Shown in pieces: positions 51,827 to 64,000 of a DNA stretch of 64,000 nucleotides. Made by a program: the position numbers and the translations under genes. This stretch comes from Lobosporangium transversale (lineage: Eukaryota): positions 248,001 through 312,000 of the forward strand of contig NW_019028990.1 in NCBI RefSeq assembly GCF_002105155.1, written 5' to 3'. Under the pieces are notes generated by a model. It saw nothing but the letters and a program-made list of their open reading frames with translations, ran no database searches and was not told the origin of the DNA. Position 1 is the first letter of the stretch. Each line of letters begins with the position of its first letter.

Positions 51827-54807
51827 TTATTTCCCAATTAAGTCGTACCGCAAGTCCAGCCTTGCCAATGCCTTGTTTGTCTTGAGCACATCTGAAAGTG
51901 CCAGAGCTCCTTCAGGTCCAATTGGGTTGCTTCTCAAGTTCAAACTTGTCAAAGTTGTGTTTGTCTTGAGCGCCTCCGAGAGTGCCAGAGCTCCTTCTTT
52001 CCCAATTGAGTTACTTCCCAAATTCAAATTTGTCAAAGTCACGTTTGTCTTGAGTGCCTCTGAAAGTGCCAGGGCTCCTTCATCCCCAACTCTGTTGCCC
52101 CAAAAGATCAAACTTGTCAAAGTCGTGTTTGCCTTGAGTGCCTCTGAAAGTGCCAGAGCCCCTTCTTTCCTAATATAGTTGCACGACAAGTCCAATCTTG
52201 CCAGAGTCGTGTTTGTCTTGAGTGCCTCTGAAAGAGCCAAAGCTCCTTCATCCCCAATACTATTGCTGCTCAAGTCCAAGCTTGTCAATGCCTTGTTTAC
52301 CTTCAGTGCCTCTGACAGTGCCAGAGCCTCTTCCTTCTTAACTGAGTTGGCTTCCAGGTTCAAATCTATCAAAGCCGTGTTTACCTTGAGTGCCTCTGAG
52401 AGCGCCACCGATCCTTCTTTCCCAATCGAGTCGTATCGCAAGTCCAAACTTGTCAAAGTCTTATTTATTTTGAGCGCCTCTGAAAGTGCCAGGGCTCCTT
52501 CATCCCCAATTCTGTTGCCCCAAAAGATCAAACTTGTCAAAGTCGTGTTTGCCTTGAGTGCCTCTGAAAGTACCAGAGCTCCTTCTTTCCTAATATAGTT
52601 GTACGACAAGTCCAATCTTGCCAGAGTCGTGTTTGTCTTGAGTGCCTCTGAAAGAGCCAAAGCTCCTTCATTCCCAATTGAATTGGTTCCCAAGTCCAAC
52701 CTTGTCAATGCCTTGTTTGCCTTAAGTGCTTCTGAGAGTTCCAGAGCTTCTTCATCTCCAATTGAATTTCTGGTTAAGTTCAACCTTGTCAAAACCGTGT
52801 TTACCTTGAGTGCCGCTGAGAGTGCCAGAACCCCTTCTTTCCCAATGTTGTTGTGGTACAAGCACAACCTTGTCAAAGTCGTGTTTGTCTTTAATCCCTC
52901 TGAAAGTGCTAGAGCTCTCTCTTTACCAATCGATCTGTGCATCAAGTACAAACTAGTCAAGGGCATGTCGGTCTTGAGTGCATTTACAAGCTCTCGGAAA
53001 TCGCTGTCCCCGATCGTTGAAGGATTCATCTCGAACGATAGCTCGTGAAGGTGTGGCGGTTTCCTGCTTGATAGATTGGTAAGCTTGATCAGATCTGGAG
53101 ATAGTACTATACAAATCGATTTCATTTTGCGTAGTTCTATAATACGAACAAGCTGTTCATATCGTGTAGACATTGAAAGTAGTTTCCAGATAACACTCTC
53201 TTGAGGCTGCCCAAGATGAAGTCGAAGAACCGATACATTCGACACTTTTAGAGCTTTCTCTAACGCTTTAAGATCTGTCCGAGTCCAGTCCCAGGATAAT
53301 GTGATATCCATCTCGTACACATGTTTTGCATTGGTCAGAGCATTGTAGAATTTTACTGCTGTGGTTCTGGATCTCAATGTGATAGTCACTTTGCCAAGGT
53401 GCGACTCATACTTGCCAAAATGCCACTCCTCGTCTTGGTTCATCTCCACTACATTTTCAAACACCTCCTGTTCTCTCTCGTTATATGTCAAGCGGTAGTG
53501 GTCGATGCAAACCCATCTGACATGGCCTGTTTCTGTCGTAATCCTGTACAAGTTGCCAAGTTGCCAGTCTTCATCCTTGGTTTGAAGGAGTTTGCTCAGT
53601 TGGCGAAGATCTGCTCCTTCAAGTGCCTCAAAGTCATCGATTGTGTTGATGTTGCTCAGAGCTGGATTCGCTTTAGAGAGCTGCTCCATATACTTGATTG
53701 AATAATCAATGCCGGCATCCAGTAGATTTGGGACTGATGTCAGAGAAGTACCTGAAGCTGCTCCTATCCCCAACTTCAACCACTGTAAAAGGATAACTAT
53801 ATATTTTCCATACTTTTGAAAGAACTCTGTGCTGTTCCGGATCTCATATCCTTCATGTCTGGCAAGGTGGATTTGGTCGTGCCAATTCTTATCTGTCTTT
53901 GCAGTGTTATCCCCATGTTCGCATAAGAAATGAAGGCGCACCTTGTTCCTCAAGACATTCATTGGGTCCCACTTGGTACGATCGGCAGGTAAAATGATAA
54001 ACAGTCGAGGAACTGGATACTCGTGTGGCTCAAACTTCTGGACAAGGATAGCTTCAGCTTTCTTTTGCAGGATGGCAAGTCTGCCGAGTGCTTGCCGTTG
54101 CATTTCAAGCATTCTTTCGTCCTTCTCCTTGGCCTCGAATTGCAGTTGAAGCATCTTCTTCTGCATTTCAACCATCATGTCGTCCTTCTCCTTAACCTCC
54201 AACTGCAGTTCAAGCATTCTATCGTCCTTCTTCTTAGACTCTAATTGCAGCTTAATCCCCTCATTACTGGCCTCCATCAGCAATTTCTTTGTCTCTTCAA
54301 AGTGAGAGTTGAAATTCTCGTTATTAGAAGGTTGGACAAAGTTTGATAATGACAAAAGAAGGTCATGAAAAACCAAGTTTTTCGACTCTCCCAATGTCGG
54401 CAAATGGACGATGGTGTTGCTACTGCCGCAGTTGCAGCACTGTGGTGGTTCTGTAATGATGTCCAGGATCTTGTCAGGATAGAATGCAATACGCGGAGGC
54501 TCGATTCTAAAGAGACAAAATAAAAAAAAGTCGTGTCAAATTGGGATTCCCTCATTTTTCTATCCATGAGCAATCAACAAGGCACCAATGATAAAATAAT
54601 ATACCTGTTGCCATCAGCATCCGAAAGGAATGGGATGGGATGCTCATTCAGCTTGAAGCGCAGTGCATCCGGAAACACATCTCGAATGTCTTGCAAAAGT
54701 ACGAAGCACGGCGGGCAGTCATTGGTTGCCTTGGTGGAAGCAGTTTTAACACAAACTTCTTCAACGATGTTGTCCTTTCGGAATCGTTGGTATTGAAGCT
54801 CTGCCAT
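51827..54807 (-). CDS. LRR receptor-like protein copy 1: small N-terminal domain, coiled coil, central domain and 14 RI-like 28-aa LRRs; intron 54604-54507
   Basis: Exon 1 (MAELQYQRF...DADGNR) splices in frame to IEPPRIAFYP and the 858-aa ORF; repeats follow LxxLxLxxNxIGxEGALALSEALKxNxx. Confidence 0.9.
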
Positions 54808-54999
54808 CTCGGTGATGATTCGAAGGATGAGGAAGGAATGTTGACAAGATGCAAAGACCCTTCATTCCTCTTCTCTGAGCAACAGATGCTGTAATACAGT
54901 CGAGTCGACCTTCAGCTTCGCCACTTAAGGTCATATTGGTGTGCTCTACTGACTATAGTTTCGTCCACGAGTGCTGTTTATTTGCATCCGTCGGCTGAA

Positions 55000-56100
55000 G
55001 GTGTAGTAGCCACGTTTGGAAGGGAGGTGCTCTTGAATGGTAATGACCATGGTTGCAGACAACCAATGTAGAACTCAACCTACATAAAAGTGCACCTTGA
55101 AATCATTACTCAATCGAGCCTATACCGGATCCAAGTATCAACCCCATTCCCGATGTCCAGATCAAAGGTATTCATAACTATATCCGCTCAAAGAGCGTAG
55201 GAGAGGTCCACCAAAACCACGAAGATATCATTCACCCATCATCTCACAACATCACCGAATATCGTCCTTTATTCCTATCACAAGGTCATCATCGAGATAT
55301 ATGGAAAGATAGTCAAGATGGCGCATTTATATCCACTCTGAAAAATCAGGACTAATAGTCATCTGAACAATTATCTGCACAACAATGGGCGAACGCGATA
55401 TCGTAACCCTTTTATGAAACCTCTGGTTACGCAACAACAATGTTCTTCCAGATCAACAAATGCATCAAGACCTGTCGCTATTAGTTTACCACAGTAGTCG
55501 TCACCATTCATTAATGCGTCGAGGTCTGCATCAGTCTCAGGTACATAACGCAAAGAGCTGTAGTAACATCGCCAACCGAACTACCTGCAATGCCTCCATC
55601 CATAGGCATATACATAGTAGCTCAAACGGAACGAGCTTCACCACCAAAGACTTCATAAGATTCATCTGCTCCAGCCCAATGAACGCTCTGCCTACAGCCA
55701 ATGAACGCTCTGCCTACAGCCAATGACCAAAATAGCATGTGTAATGGATGGATATAACGAATATAGCAAGAGGAGAGTGTACGAGTAGACACCGAAGTAT
55801 GAATCGACAGATGAGCCTTCTTGAGAGAGAACATGGATAACAACAATGATACTTTAGCTGCGTGGAGAGCAAGGGTCCGCCCCTGCTAGCCATCTTCAAA
55901 TTGAGATGTACAGTCCATGTAACAGTTTTATTGTCATTAGGAATACTGTACATTGGTTCAATCCTGACTATAACATTCATTTTTGTTTCTGTTCCTGGAT
56001 CGACGATATGACATGGGATTTTAGCCATAAAATGGACCGGCTCAAAAAGGAGATGCAAAAGAAGATGGAGGAGATCACACAGTAAAACATCAGACAGCCA
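55000..56100 (-). pseudogene. Possible decayed coding relic, family unassigned
   Basis: Balanced base composition, no poly-T tracts, short broken ORFs, and a 22-bp tandem duplication near 55675-55722. Confidence 0.25.
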
Positions 56101-57014
56101 ATCCCAATCAAAGCGGAGCAGTGTATACTAGTGTTTCATGGCAATAGCAGTAGCAACAAGGAACGCTCTCACCACCTGCCATCACTCAAACCTACCTCAG
56201 CAACAACATCGAGAGGAGTCAAGTCTGAGATAGCGATTGGGAGAAGTGGGTTGTGATTGTACGCATACCACCAACGCATCAAAGTCGGATAATCCATCAA
56301 GCATATCCTAACCCACGCACAGTAGGATACATGCGAGTGTTTGAAAAATCCAAGTACTGCCTTCTAATTGGAGGGCACTCCACGATGACAGTCTTTTCTT
56401 TAGGGCCCAAATAGGTGCCATATAACCCGCATACAGGCGAAAGAGGGCGACCATCGATTTTCAATCGGTTTTCTTTTCAGACTCATTATGAAGGAATAGC
56501 TCTGTTCAGTTCATATAATGGGTAAGGCTGTATATCCATCCATTCATATATTTTTTCAAATATATTTAACGAAAGAAAGAGATTTACTAGTTCTTGTCTT
56601 TTTGTTTTAATTAAAGCACCAGAAAGCATTCACTTTGGGGTATCGATGCACAGCTGCTTTTTGTTATATCACTTCTGGTTAAGGAAAACCGAGTGATTCT
56701 ATATGCGAGAAGCGCTTACATGGGCTAGAGAGTATATGTTTGTGACGGCAAGCCAATTAAAAGACTTTCAAGATCGCCGTACCTACATAGCATCATGAAG
56801 GAGCATTATTTAATCGTTTGGAGGGACGCAGAGGAAGGGGTCATTACTACTGGGGGGTACCCGATGGAATAAGGTCGATAGTATTGGAGGTTAACGACCA
56901 GGATCAGGGCCTAGACACAAGCGATGTACGATTTGAGATGAGGCTACATATACATATAGTAGCATTGGCATCAATGACTGCAAATGCCGTAGCTGGATGT
57001 GGTGATAAATAATA

Positions 57015-57411
57015 CAGCGTTTTTAATTGTTTTATCCATTTTAAAAAAACATTTATCCATTTTCAATTTGCATTGCTCCGATGGGAAATAAGCTTTATCC
57101 ATTTAAGCTAATAAAATTATCCTATAAGTTATCCGAATGTGTCTGGAATATTATCCATTTTTTCAAACATAATAACCGAACCGACTGTAACAAATATCCA
57201 AACACCATGTCCTTTTCCATGTCCCACAAAAGTCATGGTTAATTCCGCATGACCACTTGGACAAAATTTGCAAACACTTGGATAAATTTCTCAGCCCTTT
57301 TCGGCCAACTTTTTAACTTACCTTTGGATAAATTTTTTTATTCATTGGAACAATTTTAAAAAAAAACCGATAAAGTTTATTTTAAAATGGATAAAACAAT
57401 TAAAAACGCTG
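57015..57411. mobile_element. MITE with TA flanks (Tc1/mariner-like), about 400 bp
   Basis: TA|CAGCGTTTTTAATTGTTTTATCCATTTTAAAA ... TTTTAAAATGGATAAAACAATTAAAAACGCTG|TA, with internal repeated TTATCCA/TGGATAA motifs. Confidence 0.88.
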
Positions 57412-57769
57412 TATTGTTGTTACTATTACCGGTGAGCCATAGCCATAGCAATAGCAGCATCAACATTTTCTCTTCTACGAAGCAACCACCTTGAAAGGTC
57501 AACCTATCCAAGATCGTCCAGGAGGATTGACTCTGATCGTGAAAATAGAGAAAAAGTGGTACATACCTTTTAGTAGAAATGCTCATTGTCAGTATTTATC
57601 ACAAATGAATATCGTGAAAGCGCAGAGGGGGAGGGGCATCAAACATTACTCTTGCGAATTGAAATCATTTTTATTTCCTACTAATAATGTAAAACACATG
57701 TAATCCAAGCTGTGTCATGTTTGTACTTGGATTGAGTATTTCAGATTGTACCAGAGCTACTTTTCACTT

Positions 57770-60354
57770 CAATATTGCAAGTCCAAACTTATCAGAGCCT
57801 TGTTTGTCTTGAGTGCCTCTGAGAGCGCCAGGGCTGAATTGAGTTGTATCTCAGGCTCAAGCTAGTCAAAGTTGTGTTTGTTTTGAGCACGTCCGAGAGT
57901 GCCAGAGCTCCTTCATCCCCAATTGAGTTATTATGCAAGTTCAAATTTGTCAAAGCTTTGTTTGTCTTGAGTGCCTTCGAGAGTGCTAGAGCTCCTTCAT
58001 TTCCAATTGAGTTATTGTACAAGTTCAAATTTGTCAAAGCCTTGTTTTTCTTGAGTGCCTCTGCGAGTGCCAGAGCTCCTTCTTTCCCAATTGAGTTCTT
58101 TCCCAAGCATAAACTTGTCAAAGCCTTGTTTGTCTTGAGTGCCTCTAAGAGTGCCAGAGCCCCTTCAGGCCCAATTGAGTTGCTTCCCCAAGCTCAAAGT
58201 TGTCAAAGTTGTGTTTGCCTTGAGTGCCTCTGAGAGTGCCAGAGCTCCTTCTTTCTCAATTGAGTTGGCAAACAAGTACAAGCTTGTCAAAGCCTTGTTT
58301 GTCTTGAGTGCCTCTGAGAGTGCCATAGCTCCTTCTTTCTCAATTAAGTTGCCTTGCAAATCCAAACTTGTCAAAGCCTTGTTAGCCCTGAGTGCCTCTG
58401 AGAGCGCCAGAGCTCCTTCGTTCCCAATTGAGTTGCTTCCCAAGCTCAATCTTGTCAAAGTTGTGTTTGTCTTGAGTGCCTCTGAGAGTGTCAGAGCTCC
58501 TTTCTTTCCAATCGTAGTACCCCATAAATCCAAAGTAGTCAAGGCCACTTCGGTCTTGAGTGAATTTACAAGTGTTCGGATATTGTTAGCTCCGAACACC
58601 CAAGGCTTTACCTCAAAGGATAGCTCATGAAGATGTGGCAGTTTTCCACTTGGTAAATTCGAAAGCTTGACCAGATCTGGAGATAGTACTATACAAATCG
58701 ATTTCATCTTGCGTAGTTCTATAATACGAACAAGCCTCTCATATCGTGTGGATGTTGAAAGTAGTTTCCTGGTAGTGCTTTCTTGAGACAACCCAAGATC
58801 AAGTCGAAGAACCGATACACTCGACACTCTTAGAGCCTTCTCTAATGCTTCAAGGTCTGTCTGGGTCCAATCCCAATATAATGCAATATCCATCTCGTAC
58901 ACATGTTTTGCATTGGCCAGAGCATTGTAGAATTCTCCTGCTGTGGTTCTGGATCTCAATTTGATAATGACTTTGCCAAGGTGCGAGTCATACTTGCCAC
59001 GATTCATCTCCACTACATTTTCAAATGCTTCCTGTTCTCTTTCTTTATATGTCGAGCGATAGTGGTCGACACAAACCCATCTGACGTGGCCTGTTTCTGT
59101 CGTAATCCTGTACAGGTTGCCAAGTTGCCAGTCTTCATCCTTGGTTTGAAGAAATTTACTCAATTGACGAAGATCTGCTCCTTCAAGTGCTTCAAAGTCA
59201 TCGATTGCGTTAATGTTGTTCAGAGCTGGATTGTCCTTAGATAGCTGCTCCATATATTTGATCGAGTAATTAATGCCAACATTTAACAGGTTTGGGACAG
59301 GTGTCAGAGAAGCACCTGAAGGTGTTCCCATCCCCAACTTGAACCACTGCAACAGGATGATCATGTGCTTTCCATACTTTTGAAAGAACTCTGTGCTGTT
59401 CCGGATCTCATATCCTTCATGTCTGGCAAGGTGGATTTGGTCCTGACAGTTCCTCTCTGTCTTTGCGGTATGATCCCTATGTTCGCATAAGAAATGAAGG
59501 CGCACCTTGTTCCTCAAGACATTCATTGGATCCCACTTGGCGCGATCGGCAGGTAAAATGATAAACAGTCGAGGGATTGGATATTCATGTAGCTCAAAGT
59601 TCTGGACAAGGATAGCTTCAGCTTTCTTTTGAAGGTTGGCAAGTCTGTCGAGTGCTTGCCGTTGCATTTCAAGCATTCTTTCGTCCTTCTCCTTGGCCTC
59701 TAACTGCAGTTTATTCACCTCCAATTGCAGTTCAAGCATCTTGTTTTGCATTCCTCGTGTCTCCTTTTGCAGTGTAAGCATCTCGCCAGCTTTCTTTTTG
59801 GCCTCTTGCAACAATCCCCTAATCTCTTCAAAGTGAGAGTTGCCATCCTGAAGAGTAAGAGATGAGTTGGCAGATTGAACGAAGCTTGATAATGAGAATA
59901 GAAGATCCTGAAAGTCTATGTTTTTCGACTCCCCCAATGTCGGGAAATAGGCGACGGCGTTGCTACTGCTGCTGCTGTTGCTGTTGCTATAGCTGTTGCT
60001 GAGTTGTGGTACTTCTGTAATGACGTCCAGGATATTGTCAGGATAAAATGCAATACGCGAAGGCTCGATTCTGTAGGACAAAAATAAAAAAAGTCACGTC
60101 AAATTGGGTTCCACCATTTTTTTTTTATCCATGATAAAATAATAAATATACCTGTTGCCATTAGAGTCTGAGAGGAATGGGATGGCGTGTCCATCCAACT
60201 TGAAACGCAGCGCGTCTGGAAACACATCTCGAATGTCTTGCAAAAGCACAAAGCATGACGGGTTGCCATTGCTTGCATCGGTGGAAACAGTTTTAACACA
60301 AACGTCTTCGAGGATGTTGCCCTTTTGGAATTGTTGGTATTGAAGCTCTGTCAT
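57770..60354 (-). pseudogene. LRR receptor-like protein copy 2, frameshifted within the LRR array; intron 60151-60071
   Basis: Close paralogue of copy 1. An extra G at about 58186-58189 ends the ORF at 58165, further LRRs continue in another frame (58121-57840), and a short deletion near 57835 shifts the frame again. Confidence 0.82.
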
Positions 60355-60445
60355 TTAGATGGTAATTCGAATGATGAGTATGACGAGATGAGAGGTTTCT
60401 TCATTTCTCTTTTTAAATAAGGAGTGCAGTACAGTCAGCCTATTT

Positions 60446-60477
<32 letters not shown>

Positions 60478-61286
60478 CAGCTTCGCCCTTTTTTTTTTTT
60501 TCCTCTGCATTGGCTGAAGGTGATGGTTGTTTTAGAGCTCTATGCATTTTGCCGCCCTCAAATGAGAGATCTCTTGAAGTTGAGCCTTGGTATATATCTC
60601 TATCTGTCTCTGTATTTCAACCGAAAAGGTAGAGCCGTAGAGAGTTGTCCGATGGATCCAGGACCAGCCAAGATACTCCTGAACACGAATACTTTCACGA
60701 TAGTCAATAGTTCATTTACGAGAAAAAATAAAATAAAATAAAAAAAAAAAAAATAAAAAAAATTGACATCTGGAGAGAGAGTTGATACACTTTTTTATAA
60801 ATAAATATATATACATATCTGCCCATGAACGTAGTTACGTGCTGTAGCAGAACAATGGAGGCTTTCCTAAAACGTTTTCGCGCTTAAAGTCAGTAAGTTG
60901 GACGTCGCAATGAATTGTCAAGTGCAATTTATTTTTAGAGCACTGTCTGTTCTTTAGCGTTAGCGTGAATATATAGACACAAGACAAACCTATCCTCATT
61001 TGTTGTTAAGAAACGTCAGCACCGGGGCTTTGGAACTCCAGTGGCGTTTCTGTTGATTTGAGAACGTTCGTCAATTGGCTATAGATATAAAAACGCGCTC
61101 ATGTTAGGGCTCAAAAACCATACGTTAAATGAATGAACGCTCTTAATTTTTTTTTTTTTTTTTTTTTTTTTTTATTTCATTTGTACACAGCTATAAATAC
61201 AAAGCGTGACTACAGCGCACACGCCAAACAATAGGAAAGAAAAAAGTAAAATAAAATAAAATAAAATAAAAGAATGAAAAACTGGA

Positions 61287-61672
61287 CTAGGAAGTCTCCA
61301 TCTTGATTCTCTTGGCCACCAAGGAATCATCTTGAGACTCTGCATATCCATGTTTCTTGCTGCTGCTAGCTGTCAAGATCCGAGCTGCTTCCGCAATCGA
61401 CTCTTCCTCCTCCAACATAAACCTACTACGGCTCGAGGGTGAGACAGTGCTGGCGCGGCTGACACTCACTGATGGTGGAGGCGAAGGCAAATGAGGTTCA
61501 TAATCAGACTTCTTGGACTTTGTGTTTGCGGTGGCGTTCTTGTTCTTGTTTTTAGTAGAGCCGTTCTTGCCCTTACCCGTAGTCTTGTTGGGCAAAACAT
61601 CATCTATGGATGTTGTAATTGTAGCCAACTTCATCTTTTCATGACGATCAATGAACCGTTGTGATGGGGATA

Positions 61673-61711
<39 letters not shown>

Positions 61712-61941
61712 GAGGTTCTTCTTCTTTAGTTTCCTCAAGACGAGAAATTCCAGTCATTTCCTCATCATCCTCATCATCGCATACAGGCATAGAAAGCGAT
61801 CCATCAGCATAGAACGAAGTAGCAGGGGAGATCAAGAAGTCGATTTCTTCTGCACTCTATAATACACAAACAGTAGCACAGTAGCAGGGCCAAATAAATC
61901 GTTAGAAATAGGTTCTACTAAAAGCGCGACCTTTTCCTTGA

Positions 61942-61984
<43 letters not shown>

Positions 61985-63370
61985 CTTACCCTTGAGAGCT
62001 TTGGATCAGCCAAGAGTTTTTGGGAACGGGTAATGTAATGGGTCATCTGTCGCTCAAAGACAATAAGTGGATACTTGGCTGCAAGTTGGACAAGATGGGT
62101 CTCCATAGTAGTATCAGACCAAGCCAAAAACTATGGAAATCACACACCAGAACGAAAGCAACAAGAAATAAGTAAACATATTCAAGACAAGGTGAAAATA
62201 GAAAAGGATTGAGGATTGAGGATTGAGGATTGAGAAATGCTTAAAAAAAATAAAAATAAAAATAAAAATAAAAATAAAAAAAATTTCCCTCAAAGCACAT
62301 CAAACATACCTCTTGCAAACGCTCATCTTTAGCCTTCTTGAAGGCCTCGTACTCTGGTGTCTTTGCAAAGAGGATAGCTTCCTCACAGTCGAGTGCATAC
62401 GCATCATCAAGAGTGTGTTCCTGCTGCTGTTGATTCCGAGAATCCATTGACTGTGTGTTCTCAAGGATACTGTCGTGTGATCCTTCCTGGATTTCAAAGT
62501 CATCGCCATATGAGAATACATCCAAGACCGTCTCTACTCCGGAGATTCCGTCACAAAGATAAGACTCGATCACTGCCTGGGTCATCATCTCGAGCAACAG
62601 TCTGTACCAGCCCTCAAGTACGCGGGATTGGCTTAGGTCCTTGAGCTCACCCTTTTCGACCATGCTCCTAGCAATATCGCTGTAGCTCATAGCAGAGCAC
62701 TTCAAGAATGCTGGGATGGCATCAGTCAATCCAGCGACCCGTTGCTTCTCAAGTTGACGCATGTTGTGAGCATGATATCTGCTGTTCATCTTTTTCTGTT
62801 CCAGAGCAAGTTGTTGCTGTTGTTGCAACTTTGCGAGCGTACAGCATGTGCGTTGACAATCCTTACGATGGTGACGACGACAGAACAATGATGAGTGGAT
62901 AGAGTTTGAGAAGAATGCACGTCTCTTTTGTCCCTGAGGATGATCGGTAAGATGGCGTTGGACAGCAGCACGAGAGGCCTTGTGGCGACGTGAATGGAAG
63001 GCAGAGTAGATGTTGAGGCCTGCAGAGCTGTTGGTGGATGAGGCGACATCAAAGCGACCAAACACCATCGAAGTGAGCTGACAGAGGTGCAGACGATGCT
63101 TCAAGTGCCGTGGCAGGTTCTGCAATGGGCCACTAGAGCGATGTGACTTGAGGATGCCTATCGGATGAATAAGGAATGGATGACGAGTAAGATGAGTAAC
63201 ACTCTATACAAATGTACACACACAAAAATATAAAACTTTCTCCCCCCCCCCCCCTCCTCCCTCCCTAACTGCACACTACGCAACCGATGAAGTAAATAAA
63301 GATGAAAGGAATGGTGTTGCTGCGCTTGACTATCCATGCATGACAGATATTGTCCAAAGCATCGAGTAGA

Positions 63371-63401
<31 letters not shown>

Positions 63402-63465
63402 TTTTGCCTTTTTCGGAAATTATAGTACGCGTTGAGTTGTGGGATCGGAAAAGAGATGGTTTGAG

Positions 63466-63503
<38 letters not shown>

Positions 63504-64000
63504 CGAAAACAAACGGATCCAGAAAAAAAAATAACATGTGGAGAAAGAATGGACGGAGATAAGGAAATGTTGAATGCATAATGCAAATGAAGATCCTTTT
63601 GTATTTCTCAGACCAGTTTCTCTACTGGGAAGGGGCCATGAACACATACCATCGACAATTGCCTCAACATTCGATCCCTTTCGACCAAGGACGACGGCCT
63701 CATCTACAAGGGTGCGTTGACGACGGAGCCATTCGCCTTGATGAGGGGAAGGTGCGGGTGACTGATGATTCTGCTCTTGGTCCTTGATTCGTTGTTCAAC
63801 CGCTTGTTCCTGTGTTGAGGCGAGGTATTGAGCTTCAGCCTGCTTCAAGCGAGTTTCGATCGAGAGATGGAAGCAATGGTCGAGAATACGATGATGAGTT
63901 GAGGGTGTGGAAGAGGGTAGGTTGTTGTTATTATTATGGATGCTTAGGTTCCGGAAGGTGTTGATGCTCGAGGTAAAGGGTGGTGGGGAGGAACGACGAG
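61287..64000 (-). CDS. Unknown protein, 5'-partial; exons >64000-63650, 63157-62310, 62130-61990, 61856-61287
   Basis: GT-AG introns with consistent phases join the ORFs; a helical core IPAFLKCSA...WYRLLLEMMTQAVIESYLCDG; family not recognised. Confidence 0.75.

Noticed and set aside
51840..52960. Regular 84-bp periodicity resembling a CRISPR array
   Set aside because: It is an in-frame coding LRR array in a eukaryotic gene, with no unique spacers or cas genes.
51798..53048. Plus-strand repetitive ORFs (LSASESARAPS...) here and at 57844-58630
   Set aside because: Antisense shadows of the LRR repeats.
61008..61052. Imperfect hairpin with a nearby U-rich Sm-like tract, a possible ncRNA
   Set aside because: No match to snRNA, snoRNA or tRNA features I can verify; would need an Infernal/Rfam scan.
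46..64000. Many short ORFs with poly-F, poly-K or poly-I runs
   Set aside because: Translations of intronic or intergenic poly-T/A and (ATT)n tracts.

Overview
This is eukaryotic, intron-rich, AT-rich fungal DNA with long poly-A/T tracts in introns. Gene content (Crinkler gene, 28-aa LRR family, BABAM1, FTR1) suggests an early-diverging fungus, most likely Mortierellaceae (inference). A housekeeping backbone (SulP sulfate permease, mitochondrial carrier, Wee1-like kinase, CLU1, FTR1, phytochelatin synthase, BABAM1/MERIT40-like, TFB4, RAD1, NOB1, MetR-like bZIP, dolichol kinase, one unknown gene) is interrupted by two accessory blocks. Block 1 (about 20.8-34.2 kb) is bounded by an exact 22-bp direct repeat. 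It holds a broken Crinkler gene, a foldback element and five related 113-aa secreted four-Cys proteins, arranged as two head-to-head pairs of a variable A gene and an invariant B gene plus one orphan A. Block 2 (about 51.8-60.4 kb) holds two LRR receptor-like paralogues with variable 84-bp repeats, separated by gene relics and a MITE. FTR1 and the phytochelatin synthase both carry multiple ATCWGATAA (SreA-type) boxes upstream. All exon models and family calls were made by eye, without database searches.
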